A program made the position numbers and the translations under genes. A DNA stretch of 64,000 bases from the human T2T-CHM13v2.0 reference genome, Homo sapiens. The first letter of the stretch is position 1; each line of letters begins with the position of its first letter. The DNA lies in assembly GCF_009914755.1 (NCBI RefSeq), contig NC_060931.1, one strand, 5' to 3'. Positions 15,356-28,579 of the stretch are shown here, in pieces. The notes under the pieces were generated by a model. That model ran no database searches and was not told the origin of the DNA. It was given only the letters and a program-made list of their open reading frames with translations.

Positions 15356-16870
15356 AAGTTCTGGCCAGGGCAATCAGCCAAGAGAAAGAAATAAAGAGTA
15401 TGCGAATAGGAAGAGAGGAAGTCAAATTGTCTTTGTTTGCAGATGACGTGATCCTGTATCTAGACAACCCCACCGACTCAGCCCAAAAACTTTTTAAGCT
15501 GATAAGCAACTTCAGCAAAGTCTCGGGATACAAAATCAATGTGCAGAAATCACAAGCATTCCTATACACCAACAACAGACAAGCAGAGAGCCAAATCATG
15601 AATGAGCTCCCATTCACAATTGCCACAAGGAGAATAAAATACCTAGGAATACAGCTAACAAGAGAAGTGAAAGACCTCTTCAAAGAGATCTACAAACCAC
15701 TGCTCAAAGAAATCAAAGAGGACACAAACAAATGGAAAAACATTCCATGCTCAAGCATATGAAGAATCAATATTGTGAAAATGCCCATAATGCCAAAAGC
15801 AATTTATAGAGTCAATGATATTCTCATTAAACTATCACTGACATTCTTCACAGAATTATAAAAAAAACTATTTTAAAATTCATGTGGAACCAAAAATGAG
15901 CTCATATAGCCAACACAATCCTAAGCAAAAAGAACAAAGCTGGAGGCATCATTCTACATTCTACCAGACTTCAAACTATACTACAAGGCTACAGCAACCA
16001 AAACAGCATGGTTTGGTACAAAAACAGGCTCATAGACCAATGTAACAAAATAGGGAACTCAGAAATAAAACCACACATCTAGAACCATCTGATCTTCAAC
16101 AAACCTGACAAAAATAAGCAATGGGGAAATTATTCCCTATTTAACAAATGGTGCTGGGAGAACTGGCTAGTCATATGTAGAAAATTAAAACTTGTCCCCT
16201 TTCTTAAACCTTATACAAAAATTAACTCAAGATGAATTAAAGACTTAAATATAAAACCCAAACTGTAAAAACCTTAGAAGAAAGTCTAGGCAATACTATT
16301 CAGGACATAGGCATGGGCAAAGATTTTATGATGAAATCACAAAAAGCAATTGCAACAAAAGCAAAAATTGATAAATGAGATCTAATTAAACTAAAGAGCT
16401 TCTGCACAGCAAAGGAAACTAGCATCAGAGCAAACAGACAACCTACAGAATGGGAGAAAATTTTTGCAATCTATCCATCTGACAAAGGTCTAATATCCAG
16501 AATCTACAAGGAACTTAAGTTTACAAGAATAAAACAACCCCATTAAAAAGTGGGAAAATTATATGAACAGATGCTTCTCAAAAAAAGTCATACATGTGGC
16601 CATTAAACATATGACAAAAAGCTCAACATCACTAATCATTAGAGAAATGCAAATTAAAACCACAGTGAAATACCATCTCACTCCAGTCATAATGGTGATT
16701 ATTAAAAAGTCAAGAAATAACAGATGCTGACGAGGTTGCAGAGAAACAGGAATACTTTTATGCTGTTGGTGAAAATGTAAATTAGTTCAACCACTGTGGA
16801 AGACAGTGTGATGATTTCTCAAAGATTCAGACTGGGAAATACCATTTGACACAGCAATTCCATTACTGGG

Positions 16871-17222
16871 TGTATTAGTCCATTTCAAACTACCAATAAA
16901 GACATACCTGAGACTGGGAAGAAAAAGAGGTTTAATTGGACTTATATTTCCACATGGCTGGAAGGCCTTAGAATCATGGTAGGAGGTGAAAGTCATTTCT
17001 TACACGGCAGCAGCAAGAAAAAATGAGGAAGACGCAAAAGCAGAAACCCCCGATAAAACCATTCTATCTCATGAGACTTATTCACTACCATGAGAACAGT
17101 ATGGGGAAAACTGCCTCTGTAATTCAAATTATTGCCCACAGGTTCCTCCCTCAACATGTGGGAATTATGGGAGTAGAACTCAAGAGGAGATTTGGGTGGG
17201 GACACAGAGCCAAACCATATCA
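16871..17222 (-). mobile_element. THE1 (THE1C/D-like) MaLR solo LTR nested in L1
   Basis: tgtattagtc...aaccatatca termini with 5-bp TSD CTGGG (16866-16870, 17223-17227); host L1 resumes afterwards. Confidence 0.92.
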
Positions 17223-18119
17223 CTGGGTATAAAAGGAATACAAATAATTCCATTATAAAGTTACATGAACACCTATGTACATTGCAGTACTATTCACAAT
17301 AGCAAAGACATAGAATCAACCCAAATGCCCATCAATGATAGACTGTTTAAAGAAAATATGGTACATATACACCATGGAATAGTATGCAGCCATAAAAAGG
17401 AAAGGTGGTGGCAGGGAGGATTAGGGAAAAGAGCTAATGCATGTGGGGCTTAATACCTAGTTGATGGGCTAATAGGCCAGCAAACCACCATGGCACATAT
17501 TTACCTATGTAACAAACCTGCACATCCTGCACATGTACCATGGAACTTAAGATAAAAATAAAAATCAGACTTAGAAAAATAAATAAAAATTATAAAAAAT
17601 AAGATCACACAGAGAAATCTTAACTTTGTCAGGAGTAAAATGAATAAACAAAAACTCTCAAAAGGAAATGCTCCCATTACCTATGTTCTAAGTGAGTTTC
17701 TCCCTTTGGAAGCCTCCTCCGAGGAAATATTTTTTAAATATTTAAAAAAATAGCTTCTACAGTGTTTTTCCTAATTTCTAAGTTGAGACTTAATTTATGT
17801 TTCTGATTTTGCTCTTTGGGATGGGAGAAGGGGAAAGAGAAATGATGATTAATTGCAAAAGAACCACCTCCGCGAAGCGACAGCATTGGGAGGGAAAAAG
17901 CAGATGCCTTCTGATTCACTTTGACGAGGAGATTTGCTCATCTTCCTTCTTTGGCTTGTGTTTTTGGCTTGTGTCATTTGGTCCCCACCCAGGATGTTTT
18001 TACATTCATTTTGTGTTTAGAAAAGACATATCAAACCAAAACGTTTAAGCTGCTCTTCTGCTCTTAACATTAATAAAGCTGATGAAGATAAAAAAGGAAT
18101 AGAAAAAAAAAAAAAGAAA

Positions 18120-20500
18120 TCCACCAGAAGACATGCCTATCCATGACCCCAGAGACAGGCTTGAAGATGTGTCTTGACTATAGACTTGAAACAACCAGGT
18201 GTCTCAGTTACAGCCCATCTCTACCACAGACTTGAGCAATACAACTATCCCAAAGACCCATAGAGTGATCCAACAGGAGTCCTCCTAGAGACCTAGAGGA
18301 AGCCACACTCATCAGCACATGATACATAAATGTAACCTGGTGACAGGCCTGCTGACTGTGAACTCACAGGCAGTCCTTCATCTCAGCACCAGCCCCACAG
18401 ACTGAGTTCCTGGGCACAATCCAGTTCGCCTAGGAACCAGAAAGAATCCACAGCCACTACAGCCACTGGAAATAGGCCCACCAACTGTGGTCTCCACTAT
18501 GAACCTACTATCAGGCAAGTGACCCTGATCTACCTCCATTCAACTGTGATCTCAGCGGCAATCCCATCAGCCCAGAGACCTAACAGGAAAATATTTTAAA
18601 TTGTCAAAACCAGTATATAAGACTGAAAGAGGGCTTTTCACCTTCAAATGCACAGACACCAATGCAAGACTACATAGATAACAAAGAATGAGGCAAACAT
18701 GACAACACCAAGGGAAACTCATTAAGTTCCAATAACCAACAACAAAGAAATGGAGATAGACAAATTGCCTGAAAAAGAGTTCATAATAATCATCTTAATG
18801 TAGCTTAATAAGATGTAAGAAATTACAGACAGAAACTAAATGGAATTAGAAAAACAATGCATAAACAAAATGAGGAGTTTCATGGAGAATTAAAAACCTT
18901 AAATAATCAAATGAAAATCTTAAAGCTTAAGAATACAATGAGAGAACTGAAATTTTCAAGAGAGTTTTAACAGCACACTCAATTATGCAGAAGAAAGGAT
19001 TAGTGAACTCAAAGACAGGTCATTCAAAATTAGCCAATGAGAGGAAGAAAAAGAAAAAAATGGTTGAGAAAGAACAAAGAAGGCATGAGGAATCTAGGGG
19101 ACAGCATGAAATATGCAAATATACAAATGATGTGAGTATCTAGAGGAGGAAAGGGAGAAAAAGAATACTATAAGAAAAAAGATTTATGGGCCAGTATTAC
19201 TGATGAACATAAATGCAAAAATGCTAATAAACTGAATTCAACAACACATTAAAAACGTCATTTTTACTATGATTAAGTGGGACCTGAAACTATGAATCTA
19301 CCAAAAGAAAGCATAAGAGAAATTCTCCATGACATTGGTCTGGGCAAATATTTCTTAGATATTACCCCAAAATCAGAGTAATTAATAGCAAAAATAAACA
19401 AATTGTATCATATCAAACTAAAAAGCTCTGCACAGCAAAGGAAAACAATTAATATAGTAAAAAGACATCCCATGGATTAAAAGAAAATATTTGCAAACCG
19501 TAATCTAATAAGAGGCTAATATCCAAAATATATGAAAAACTAAGACAACTCAGTAACAAGAAAACAAATAATACAATCAAAAATGGGCAAAAAACATAAA
19601 TACATAATTCTCAAAAAAAGATATATAAATGCCAACAGGTATATGAAAACATCCCCATCATCACTGATCATTAGGGAAATGCAAATTAAAACCACATAGA
19701 GATATCACTGGCAAGGGTATGGAGAAAAGAGAACCCTTGTGTACTGTTTGTGGGAATGTAAATTAATACAGCCATTTGCAAATAGTATGGAGGTTCCTCA
19801 GAAAACTAAAATTAGAATTACCATATGATCTAGTAAAATGACTTCTGAATATATATATCCAAAATAATTGAAATCAGTATAACAAAGAAATATCTACACT
19901 CTCATGTTCATTGCAGTATTATTCACAGTAGCTAAGATATGGAAGCAACCTAAGTGTCTATCATGAGATGAATGGATAAAGAAAATGTGATATATATACA
20001 AAAGGGAATACTACTCAACCAGTTTAAAAAAGAAGGGGTGGGAATCCCGTTATTTGCAACAGCATGGATAAACCTGGAGGACACTGTGCTAAGTAAAATA
20101 AGCCAGGCACAGAAAGACAAATGTAGCATGATCTCACTTATATGTGGAATCTAAAATAGTTGAACATATACAAGAGGAGAGTAGAATGATGATTACAACT
20201 GGCTGGGGAAGAAGGGTGGATGAAGAAAGAGGAGAGGCTGACCGGAGTACAAGGTTTCATTTAGACAGGAGAAATTAAATTTAGTAATCTATTGTAGAGA
20301 ATAATGACTATAGTAAATAATAATGCGTTGTTATTTCATAATTGCAAAAAGATTTTAAATGTTTCACAACAAAAATGGCAAGTATATGAGGCGATGAATT
20401 TGTTAGCCTGATGTAATCATTCCACATTATAAACATATATCAAGAAATTACATTATATCACATAAATATATACAATTACTTGTCATTTAAAGATATAATT
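18120..20500 (+). mobile_element. Internally deleted L1MA-type element
   Basis: 5'UTR-like and ORF1-like sequence (about 18690-19160), short ORF2 pieces, ORF2 C-terminus (track ORF 19972-20154) and L1MA-type 3'UTR. Confidence 0.8.
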
Positions 20501-20746
20501 TTTAAAAGTTTTGAGAGAATAAAATCTGAGAGAAATCTAATATTTTGCTTGAGAAAAAAGATGAGTAAGAGAAAATGGCAAGGTGTATTGTCATTTTTCA
20601 AGATTGCATTAAATGTTGAAAATAAAAATCAGCTTCATCAAAAAATAAAATAAAATGCAAATCCTTAGACTTCACACAAACTTAATAAATCAGAATTCTT
20701 GAGGGAATTTATTTGAATAGTCATTTTTACCAAATTGTTGAGATAA

Positions 20747-21042
<296 letters not shown>

Positions 21043-21699
21043 TGAGATAGTTTTATACATTCCAAATTTTTTTGAGAAGCACAAAAGAAAATGTGGTTGA
21101 ATATCCTGTAAGGAGACAGACTAGGAGCATACAATGTATTTTTTACTTATAAGTGAACAGCTTCTACTCTGATTTAACTTTTCCTCAAGGCCAGATGATC
21201 CAGATTTCCCTTTAGCACTTGATGATGAAATTGTATAGAAATGTGAGGAACTGCCACTGAGTAGTTAACCTGGAAAGTCTGACCTTTATAATAAAGAACT
21301 ACAATGAAAGAAAAACAGCAGCAAAAGAACTGAAATGTGAGTAGAGAAGAGAGCTTAAAAATGCAAAGATGGCAGTGGCTAGCTAGATATACAGTGAGCA
21401 CAGCTGAGAGTGGAGAGGTGCAGAGTCCATATGTGGATCATTGAACTAAAAGTTAGAAGTAAAGAGAACCCACTGGGTATAAAATAGGTGGTAGAATTGG
21501 TTGGTTATCTGTAAATTCTCCTTCCCTTTGTTATTTGATAAATGTGGTTATCCTGCTTATAATTTTCATGCAAAAACCTATTGAGATATATTATGAAAAC
21601 CATTTGAAAGCACTGTAGTTTTGTCTCAAGCTAAAAAGAAAAACATGACAGCAAGAATTGAAGGTGGGGAATAGGAAATGGGAAGCTGTCCTACTATAC

Positions 21700-22070
21700 T
21701 CTCTTTCCAATTCTCACCCCAGCTACCAATTCACAAGTACTAAATTCTCTGTCCAAACACACCATGAATATTTATGGCATGGGAAATTGTCCACAATGGG
21801 CCCTCTCTCCTGCATTTGGTGTAATTCTTCATCCTCTCAAAGATCTAGTTTGAATGTCACCCAGTCTGTGAAGTCATTTTCCAATCCCCTTCCACAAATC
21901 ATAACTAATGCTCCTTTCTGCCTTATCTCTTTCTTATATCTTACTGATTTTTCTACTATTCTTAGTTGAATATATGAGCACTTAGAGAGTAGAAAACGCA
22001 TTCTTCATGATTGAATCTCAAATTCCTAACAGAGGGCCTGGCCCGTAATATGCTCTGCTCAATAAATTAT
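21700..22070 (+). mobile_element. L2 3' end remnant
   Basis: Degenerate L2 tail (...cctaacagagggcctggcccgtaata...gctcaataaat). Confidence 0.55.
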
Positions 22071-23234
22071 GACACCAGTTTAATTCACAGTCACTTCAAT
22101 TTAAGGCAGGTCAGTTGTTGGTGCAGTGCCACTTGACACCATGCTCTCTCTCTCTCATACCTCGTTTACTAATTCTTATTTTAAGAAGGAAGAGAAAGAA
22201 AAGAAGAATCAAGGGAAGAGAAGAAGGCAAGTGTGCTCTGAAGGTTTTTATAGATAGTCTTGCCTGCCTAATGCTCATTCAAGTATTAGGCAGCATAGGC
22301 TACGTTATACCTCAGTAACAATTTAACCTCAACAAGATCAGAACCTTCACTAATCAACTGGGCTTTCTGACTCATGCTGTATATCCACCCTGGATAGGAG
22401 GAGCATTGCATTCTACACATTAGTCAAGAATCCAGAAATGACAGAAACTCTGCCATCTTTCCATGCAATCATCTTAACATTAAGTTTCAGTATTTTCTTA
22501 AAAATGGAAAAATAATGTGGATAATTTACATCTAATCTTAACTGCCTTTACCCTGAAGTTATAGATGTTACTTCCTCTCAAAATCCGCTGTTAAAATTAA
22601 TGGCAAGGCCCCAGCTTAACTGCATGAGGTACTGGATAGTTTTTCTATGTATTCAGGAAGAAAACAATTAGACGTGATTAGCTCTAGTGATCTCTACCAC
22701 ACAAATATTTATTATGCACTATGTGTTAAATACTGGGCCAGTAAACAGGAAAATAACTGTCAGACAAAATAGAGCTTTCATAAAGCTCATGAGACAATGA
22801 AGAAGAAATAGAGCTATTCCACCTCCATAACGACAAAAGCCTGAGTTTTCAGACTCAGATGAAATGCAAATATTATCCAGCATCAAGCTTTACAGGTCAT
22901 TAGCAAAGGTAATAAGAAAGGAACATCAATGGTATATACCACAGCACTATCTGTCATACCTGAACCCATCAGATGCAACCTCCTGTTTGCAGCACTGTGA
23001 TGTGATTTGGTTCTGGAGTGGGTGGTGCTCACTCTGCATGGCTAGAGTGAGCATAGAGGAGCCTCTGAGTGATGTGCTCTTTCTGTTCATGCATCATCAT
23101 CACACAGTATAGCTCTAGTCAGGTGATGGACTTGCATTCATCAGCACAGCTATAGTTTATAAATCTATAAACTACAGATATACTTACAGCAATCAGGCCA
23201 GAAAGATCAAGTACATTCTGCTAAAAGCATTCCT

Positions 23235-24389
23235 GGATTAAAGACCTAAATGTTAGACCTAAAACCATAAAAACCCTAGAAGAAAACCTAAGCAATATCA
23301 TTCAGGACATAGGCATGGGCAACGACTTCATGTCTAAAACACCAAAAGCAATGGCAACAAAAGCCAAAATTGACAAATGGGATCTAATTAAACTAAACAG
23401 CTTCTGCACAGCCAAAGAAACTACCATCAGAGTGAACAAGCAACCTACAGAATGGGAGAAAATTTTTGCAATCTACTCATCTGACAAAGGGCTAATATCC
23501 AGAATCTACAATGAACTCAAACAAATCTACAAGAAAAAAAACAAACAGCCCCATCAAAAAGTGGGTGAAGGATATGAACAGACACTTCTGAAAAGAAGAC
23601 ATTTATGCAGCCAAAAAACATATGAAAAAATGCTCATCATCACTGGCCATCAGCGAAATGCAAATCAAAACCACAATGAGATACCAGCTCACACCAGTTA
23701 GAATGGCAATCATTAAAAAGTCAGGAAACAACAGGTGCTGGAGAGGATGTGGAGAAATAGGAACACTTTTACACTGTTGGTGGGACTGTAAACTAGTTCA
23801 ACCATTGTGGAAGGCAGTGTGGCGATTCCTCAGGGATCTTGAACTAGAAATACCATTTGACCCAGCAATCCCACTACTGGGTATATACCCAAAGGATTTT
23901 AAATCATGCTGCTATAAAGACACATGCACACGTATGTTTATTGCGGCACTATTCACAATAGCAAAGACTTGGAACCAACCCAAATGTCCAACAATGATAG
24001 ACTGAATGAAGAAAATGTGGCACATATACACCATGGGATACTACGCTGCCATAAAAAAAGGATGAGTTCATGTCCTTTGTAGGGACATGGATGAAGCTGG
24101 AAACCATCATTCTCAGCAAACTATCGCAAGGACAAAAAACCAAACACCACATGTTCTCACTCATAAGTGGGAATTGAACAATGAGAACACCTGGACGCGG
24201 GAAGGGGAACATCACACACTGGGGCTTGTTGTGGGGTGGGGGGAGGGTGGAGGAATAGCATTAGGAGATACACCTAATGTTAAATGACAAGTTGGTGGGT
24301 GCAGCACACCAACATGGCACATGTATACATATGTAACCTGCACGTTATGCACATGTACCCTAAAACTTAAAGGATAATAATAATAATAA
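23235..24389 (+). mobile_element. 5'-truncated L1PA4-like LINE-1
   Basis: ORF2 C-terminal region with [18 protein letters not shown] motif, 3'UTR and (TAA)n tail; 12-bp TSD AAAAGCATTCCT at 23223-23234 and 24390-24401. Confidence 0.96.
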
Positions 24390-24704
24390 AAAAGCATTCC
24401 TAGGTCAGTCATTGGGAGCTAATACATTTCAACGGTCAATATTTACAAGGAGGTCTGTTTGGAGTTAAAAGAAAAACACTTCAGGTATTCTCAAATACGA
24501 AAGAATGAGTTACGGACCCAGTGTCGACTGCCTCCTTTCAGCACCTAGCCCAACCATTTGCTAAATAAAAGTATACCTACCAGTGGTGAGTGCCCAAAGT
24601 GCATGGGGCACTCACTACTGTGGGAGGTTTACTTTTAAAAGTATCGGTCCGCACCCCCACCCACCAAAGTGCATGCTACTATGGGGGTGGGGGCAGGAAC
24701 TGAC

Positions 24705-25270
24705 ATCTCAGAGAAGTCAGAGAAGATTTATATGAAAAAGTGGTGTTTGAACTGAGATCAGAAGAAAGAGCCAGAGTTAGCTGGGTGGCAGAAGAAATAG
24801 CATATGGATAGGAAAGGAGCAGGCCTGTTTGAGTAACTCAAAGAAATCAGCGGGACTGGACTGTGAGGAGCAAAACAGAAGGCTGGGGAGGGGAAGTGAT
24901 TTCAGACAGGCCTGACTGGCTCAAACCATGGGTGGGACAAGATAAATTAGGGATCTTTATCTCAGAAGCAAAGAGAAATATTGAAATAGTTTTATTGAGG
25001 GAGCACAGAGAATGACGTGATCATTGGAGGCAGTGAGAGAGTGGAAATAATGAAATGGGTTAGATAACCACTGCAGACATCTTAGCAGAGAAGACGATAA
25101 GGGTGAATAAGGGTGCTGTTGTGTTGACAAAGAAAGGTGGCCTGATTCAAGAGATATTTAGGAGGAAAAAGTGACTGGAATTGGTAATGGCTTGGATATG
25201 AAGAGAGAGTACAGAGAGTTATTAACCGTATCTCTGTGACTTGTGTAACTGGATGATACCGTCCACCATA
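24705..25270 (-). mobile_element. L2 remnant
   Basis: Purine-rich degenerate antisense L2 body (tggtgtttgaactgag..., gattcaagagatatttaggagg...). Confidence 0.55.
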
Positions 25271-25709
25271 GAAAACAATAGAAGCCAAACAGGTTCAGAT
25301 CACTGTGGGAGAACAGTGAGAACCCAAAGAGCAAATCCTTGGCTTTTGCACTCAAGCAAGCATGGCCTAGTTATAGGCTGGCATTATCCAGAAGGCTCCT
25401 ATGAGCAACAAATTATGAACTGCATTGTAAACAAAGAATATGTGAAAAGGAATTGAAGGGTAATTTTGAGAACAGCCTCTAAGTGCTCACACATGAGTGA
25501 CAGAAATTCAGTGACAGAAGGGAAATGGAAGTGCCATTGTCACATTTTTTATACCATATCTTTTAAAGCAGTTGGGAGCTACTGGAGAGAAAAAATGGAA
25601 GTGGGATGCTAGAAGGAGAGGGGAAGGCAGAGATAGAGGGAAAGAACAGAATTGTTTGCTAAAATTCATGTTATGTTACGAGATATTCATCATTATAGAG
25701 GACAGTTAA

Positions 25710-25991
25710 GGCCGGGCATAGTGGGTCACACCTGAAATCCCAGTACTTTGGAAGGCCAAGGAGGGAGAATCACTTGAGGTCAGGAGTTCAAGACCAGCCT
25801 GGACAACATAACAAGACCCCATCTCCACAAAATAAAAAATAAAAATCTTAGCCGGATGTGGTGGTGTTCACTTGTAGTGCCAGCTACTCAGGAGGGTGAG
25901 GCAGGAGGATCACTTCAGCCCAGGAGTTCCAGGTTATGGTGAACTATGATCATGCCCCTGCATTACTGCCAGACACTATCTCTAAAAAAAA
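25710..25991 (+). mobile_element. AluJ with a small deletion near the 3' end
   Basis: ggccgggcatagtgg... dimer, J-type right arm, short A tail. Confidence 0.9.
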
Positions 25992-26016
25992 TATAGGGGC
26001 AGTCAGATACACTTGT

Positions 26017-26190
26017 ATTTTCTTTTTTGTTTGTTTGTTGTTGCTGTTTTGAGACAGGGTTTCACTCTGTCACCCAGCCAGGAGTACAGTGGCGCAATCT
26101 CAGCTCACTTTAACCTCCGCCTCGTGGGCTCAAGGGATTCTTCCACCTCAGCCTTCCAAGTAGCTGGGATGACAGGTGTGTGCTACCATG
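26017..26190 (-). mobile_element. Partial Alu (right arm/monomer, J-like)
   Basis: T-rich tail, then gagacagggtttcactctgtcacccag...gctcaagggattct. Confidence 0.85.
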
Positions 26191-26602
26191 ATATTTGTCT
26201 TATATAATGATATGGTTCCTTTAAAAATCAAGTATAAATAAAGGAATAAAGCATTAAATTAAGCTCTAACATAAATAGAGGATAAAAAATGGTCTAGTGA
26301 AAATTAGTGTGTTATTTGTGGGATTAAAAAAAGGCAAGGAATAGATAAAACCATAAGGAAGAGTAGGAAGATTTGCTCAAGCACTTGTCAAAGCTTTTGT
26401 GTACCTCAATTCAAGTTCCTCAGCTGGCATTCAGTAGCTGTGTGAGCTTGGACAAGTGTTTATTCAATGCATGTCTCAATTTAATCACCTTTAAAATAAA
26501 ATTAATAACAGCTGTCCTGCCCACATTAAAAAATAATGTATGAAGATTCTTTAAAAATTGTAAAGCTGTTTATATAATTACACATATATTATATAATTAT
26601 GG

Positions 26603-26986
26603 CTATGGTTTGACTGTGTGCTCCAGAATTTACATGTTGAAAACCTAATCCCTAATGCAACAGTGTTGAAAGTGGGGCCTTTGGCTAGGTGTGTGTAGGT
26701 GGAGCTCTCATGAATGGATTAATGCTGCTACAAAAACAAAACAAAACAAACAAACAAAAACCTTAGGGGGTAGGTTCACTCTCTTCTGCTCTTCTGCCAT
26801 GTGAGGACACAGAGTTTGTCCCTTTTTACCCTTCCGCCTTCTGTTACATGAGTATACAGCAAGGAGACTTCACCAAATGCCAGTATCTTCATCTTGAAGT
26901 TTCCAGCCTGAGAGAAGTAAATTTCTGTTCCTTATAAATTATCCAGTTTCACATATTCTGTTATAGCAACACAAAAGGCTAAGGCA
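26603..26986 (+). mobile_element. MaLR solo LTR (MST/MLT1A-like)
   Basis: gctatggtttga...ctaatccctaatgcaacagtgttga...ttctgttatagcaacacaaaa. Confidence 0.75.
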
Positions 26987-28291
26987 ATTACATGATTATA
27001 TTATTATTAGTAAATATAACTATTAATTCTCAGAATAAACACCTATGGCCCTGAATAAGCTAGGTGAATAAACAATAGACAAGCCTCCAGCATAAACAGA
27101 GAAGGATAAATTCACAGTGAGAACTCTGTGTAAGGACAAGTAAGGTGAAGTCAACACTGACTGTTTATGTTTTGAGAGGTTTTACTGGAAGTGCGTGTGC
27201 AGCAAAACACAACATTCAAGCAAATGAAAATAATCATGAAATTATCTTGCCAAGAATGAAATCTTAGAGGAGGGGACTTCCAAGGTTTTCTTTCTTTCCC
27301 AATTTTAGTTGTTTTTTTTTTTAAAGGTGTAAGATCTGGGACTACATTCTATTTTCTGTAAATTGTGCAGAGCAAGTGTGTGGTGACCGTTTTTTCCCCC
27401 TCGGATTTTAATCTACTGGATATGCCCATAGAGTTTGCAGGAATAACGGCTGGTTCTGGAAGCTGTTGGAGATGTGAGATAAAGAAAGGTGAGTGTGTCA
27501 TAAATGTTTTATGTAAATCTTGAAGAAATGATGGGAGAAGTGGACTTGTGCATGTTTATTTCCTCATCTTATATGCATTATTTTTCCATTTTTAGTATTT
27601 TTGCACTTGGAATGCAGCTTATGGCTATGTATACATTTAATGAAGTATTTCTTACATACACACACCCCAACACACTCATTAATAAATCGGTACATGTCTC
27701 ATGGAAGGCATATTTAGGTGATGAAAGAAGTACAATATATTAACTAAGAGTGGTCACAATTTTTTAACAATCTGTCCAGTAAAAAACAAAAATAATTCGT
27801 TTGCAAAAATGTTATTGTGAAGGGGATAATCTTCATTCGTTCAAAAAACTTTTATTAAATACCTACTATGTGCTGGTCCTGTCCTAGAGAAACAAATACA
27901 TGGGCTCGTAGAGGAGGATGTGAGGAAGCCATCCTATGCAGAAAGGTCATTCTTGAAGATAACCCTGGATTTACTCTGCCATATTCCAAAGAACTTGCTC
28001 AGAAGTCACCTCTGTATACTGTCCTCCCTGTTCTCCTCCAGTCCTCTGATTCTTTGATGTAGCTCATTTTCAAACCAAAGATCATCAAGCCTCTTAAAGC
28101 ATACTCTTTAATCCAGTTTTATCTAGAATGGGATGGAGGTGAATGATTCTGAGCCTCCACCCAGGAATCATGACCTGTTAAAGTGTTTTCTTCCACAGGA
28201 GTCACAGTTTGCTTTCCAGAGGATCCCCAACCAGCTCCCATAGTCATCAGTTCACTCCAGTGAAGTTCAAGATTAAGTGCTAAGAGTAGAA

Positions 28292-28579
28292 TGCCCTAGG
28301 CTCACCCCTGTAATCCAACAACTTTGAGACGCCAAGGCGGGTGGATCACTTGAGGTCAAGAGTTTGAGACTAGCCTGGCTTATGTGGCGAAACCACATCT
28401 CTACTAAAAATGCAAAAATTAGCCAGGTATGGTGGTGTGTGCCTGTAATCTCAGCTACTTGGGAGGCTGAGACAGTAGAATCGCTTGAACCCTGGAGGCA
28501 GAGGCTGAGATTGTGCCACTGCACTCCAGCCTGGGCAAAAGAGTGAGACTGTCTCAGAAAAACAAACAAAACAAAAACA
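28292..28579 (+). mobile_element. AluS, slightly 5'-truncated
   Basis: Alu dimer with (CAAA)n tail; flanking direct repeat agtagaat. Confidence 0.9.

Larger units (their letters stand above)
11455..17575 (+). mobile_element. Near full-length degenerate L1PA (about PA10-PA13) with two nested insertions
   Basis: Partial 5'UTR, ORF1 remnant from about 11792 (track ORF 12322-12822 is ORF1p-like), ORF2 remnant from about 12869 (GDFN endonuclease motif; RT motif LFADD in ORF 15400-15762), 3'UTR gctaatgcatgtggggcttaatacctag and A-rich tail; many stops and frameshifts. Confidence 0.93.

Noticed and set aside
14988-15683. Longest ORF in the track (231 aa, hydrophobic)
   Set aside because: Antisense reading of L1 ORF2/3'UTR across a nested-insertion junction, a common artefact
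12322-15762. Functional L1 ORF1p/ORF2p
   Set aside because: Numerous stops, frameshifts and a nested insertion; the element is dead
24596-24602. AAAGTGC as a miR-17/miR-302-family mature seed
   Set aside because: It lies in the terminal loop, not a stem arm, and the flanks do not resemble those miRNAs
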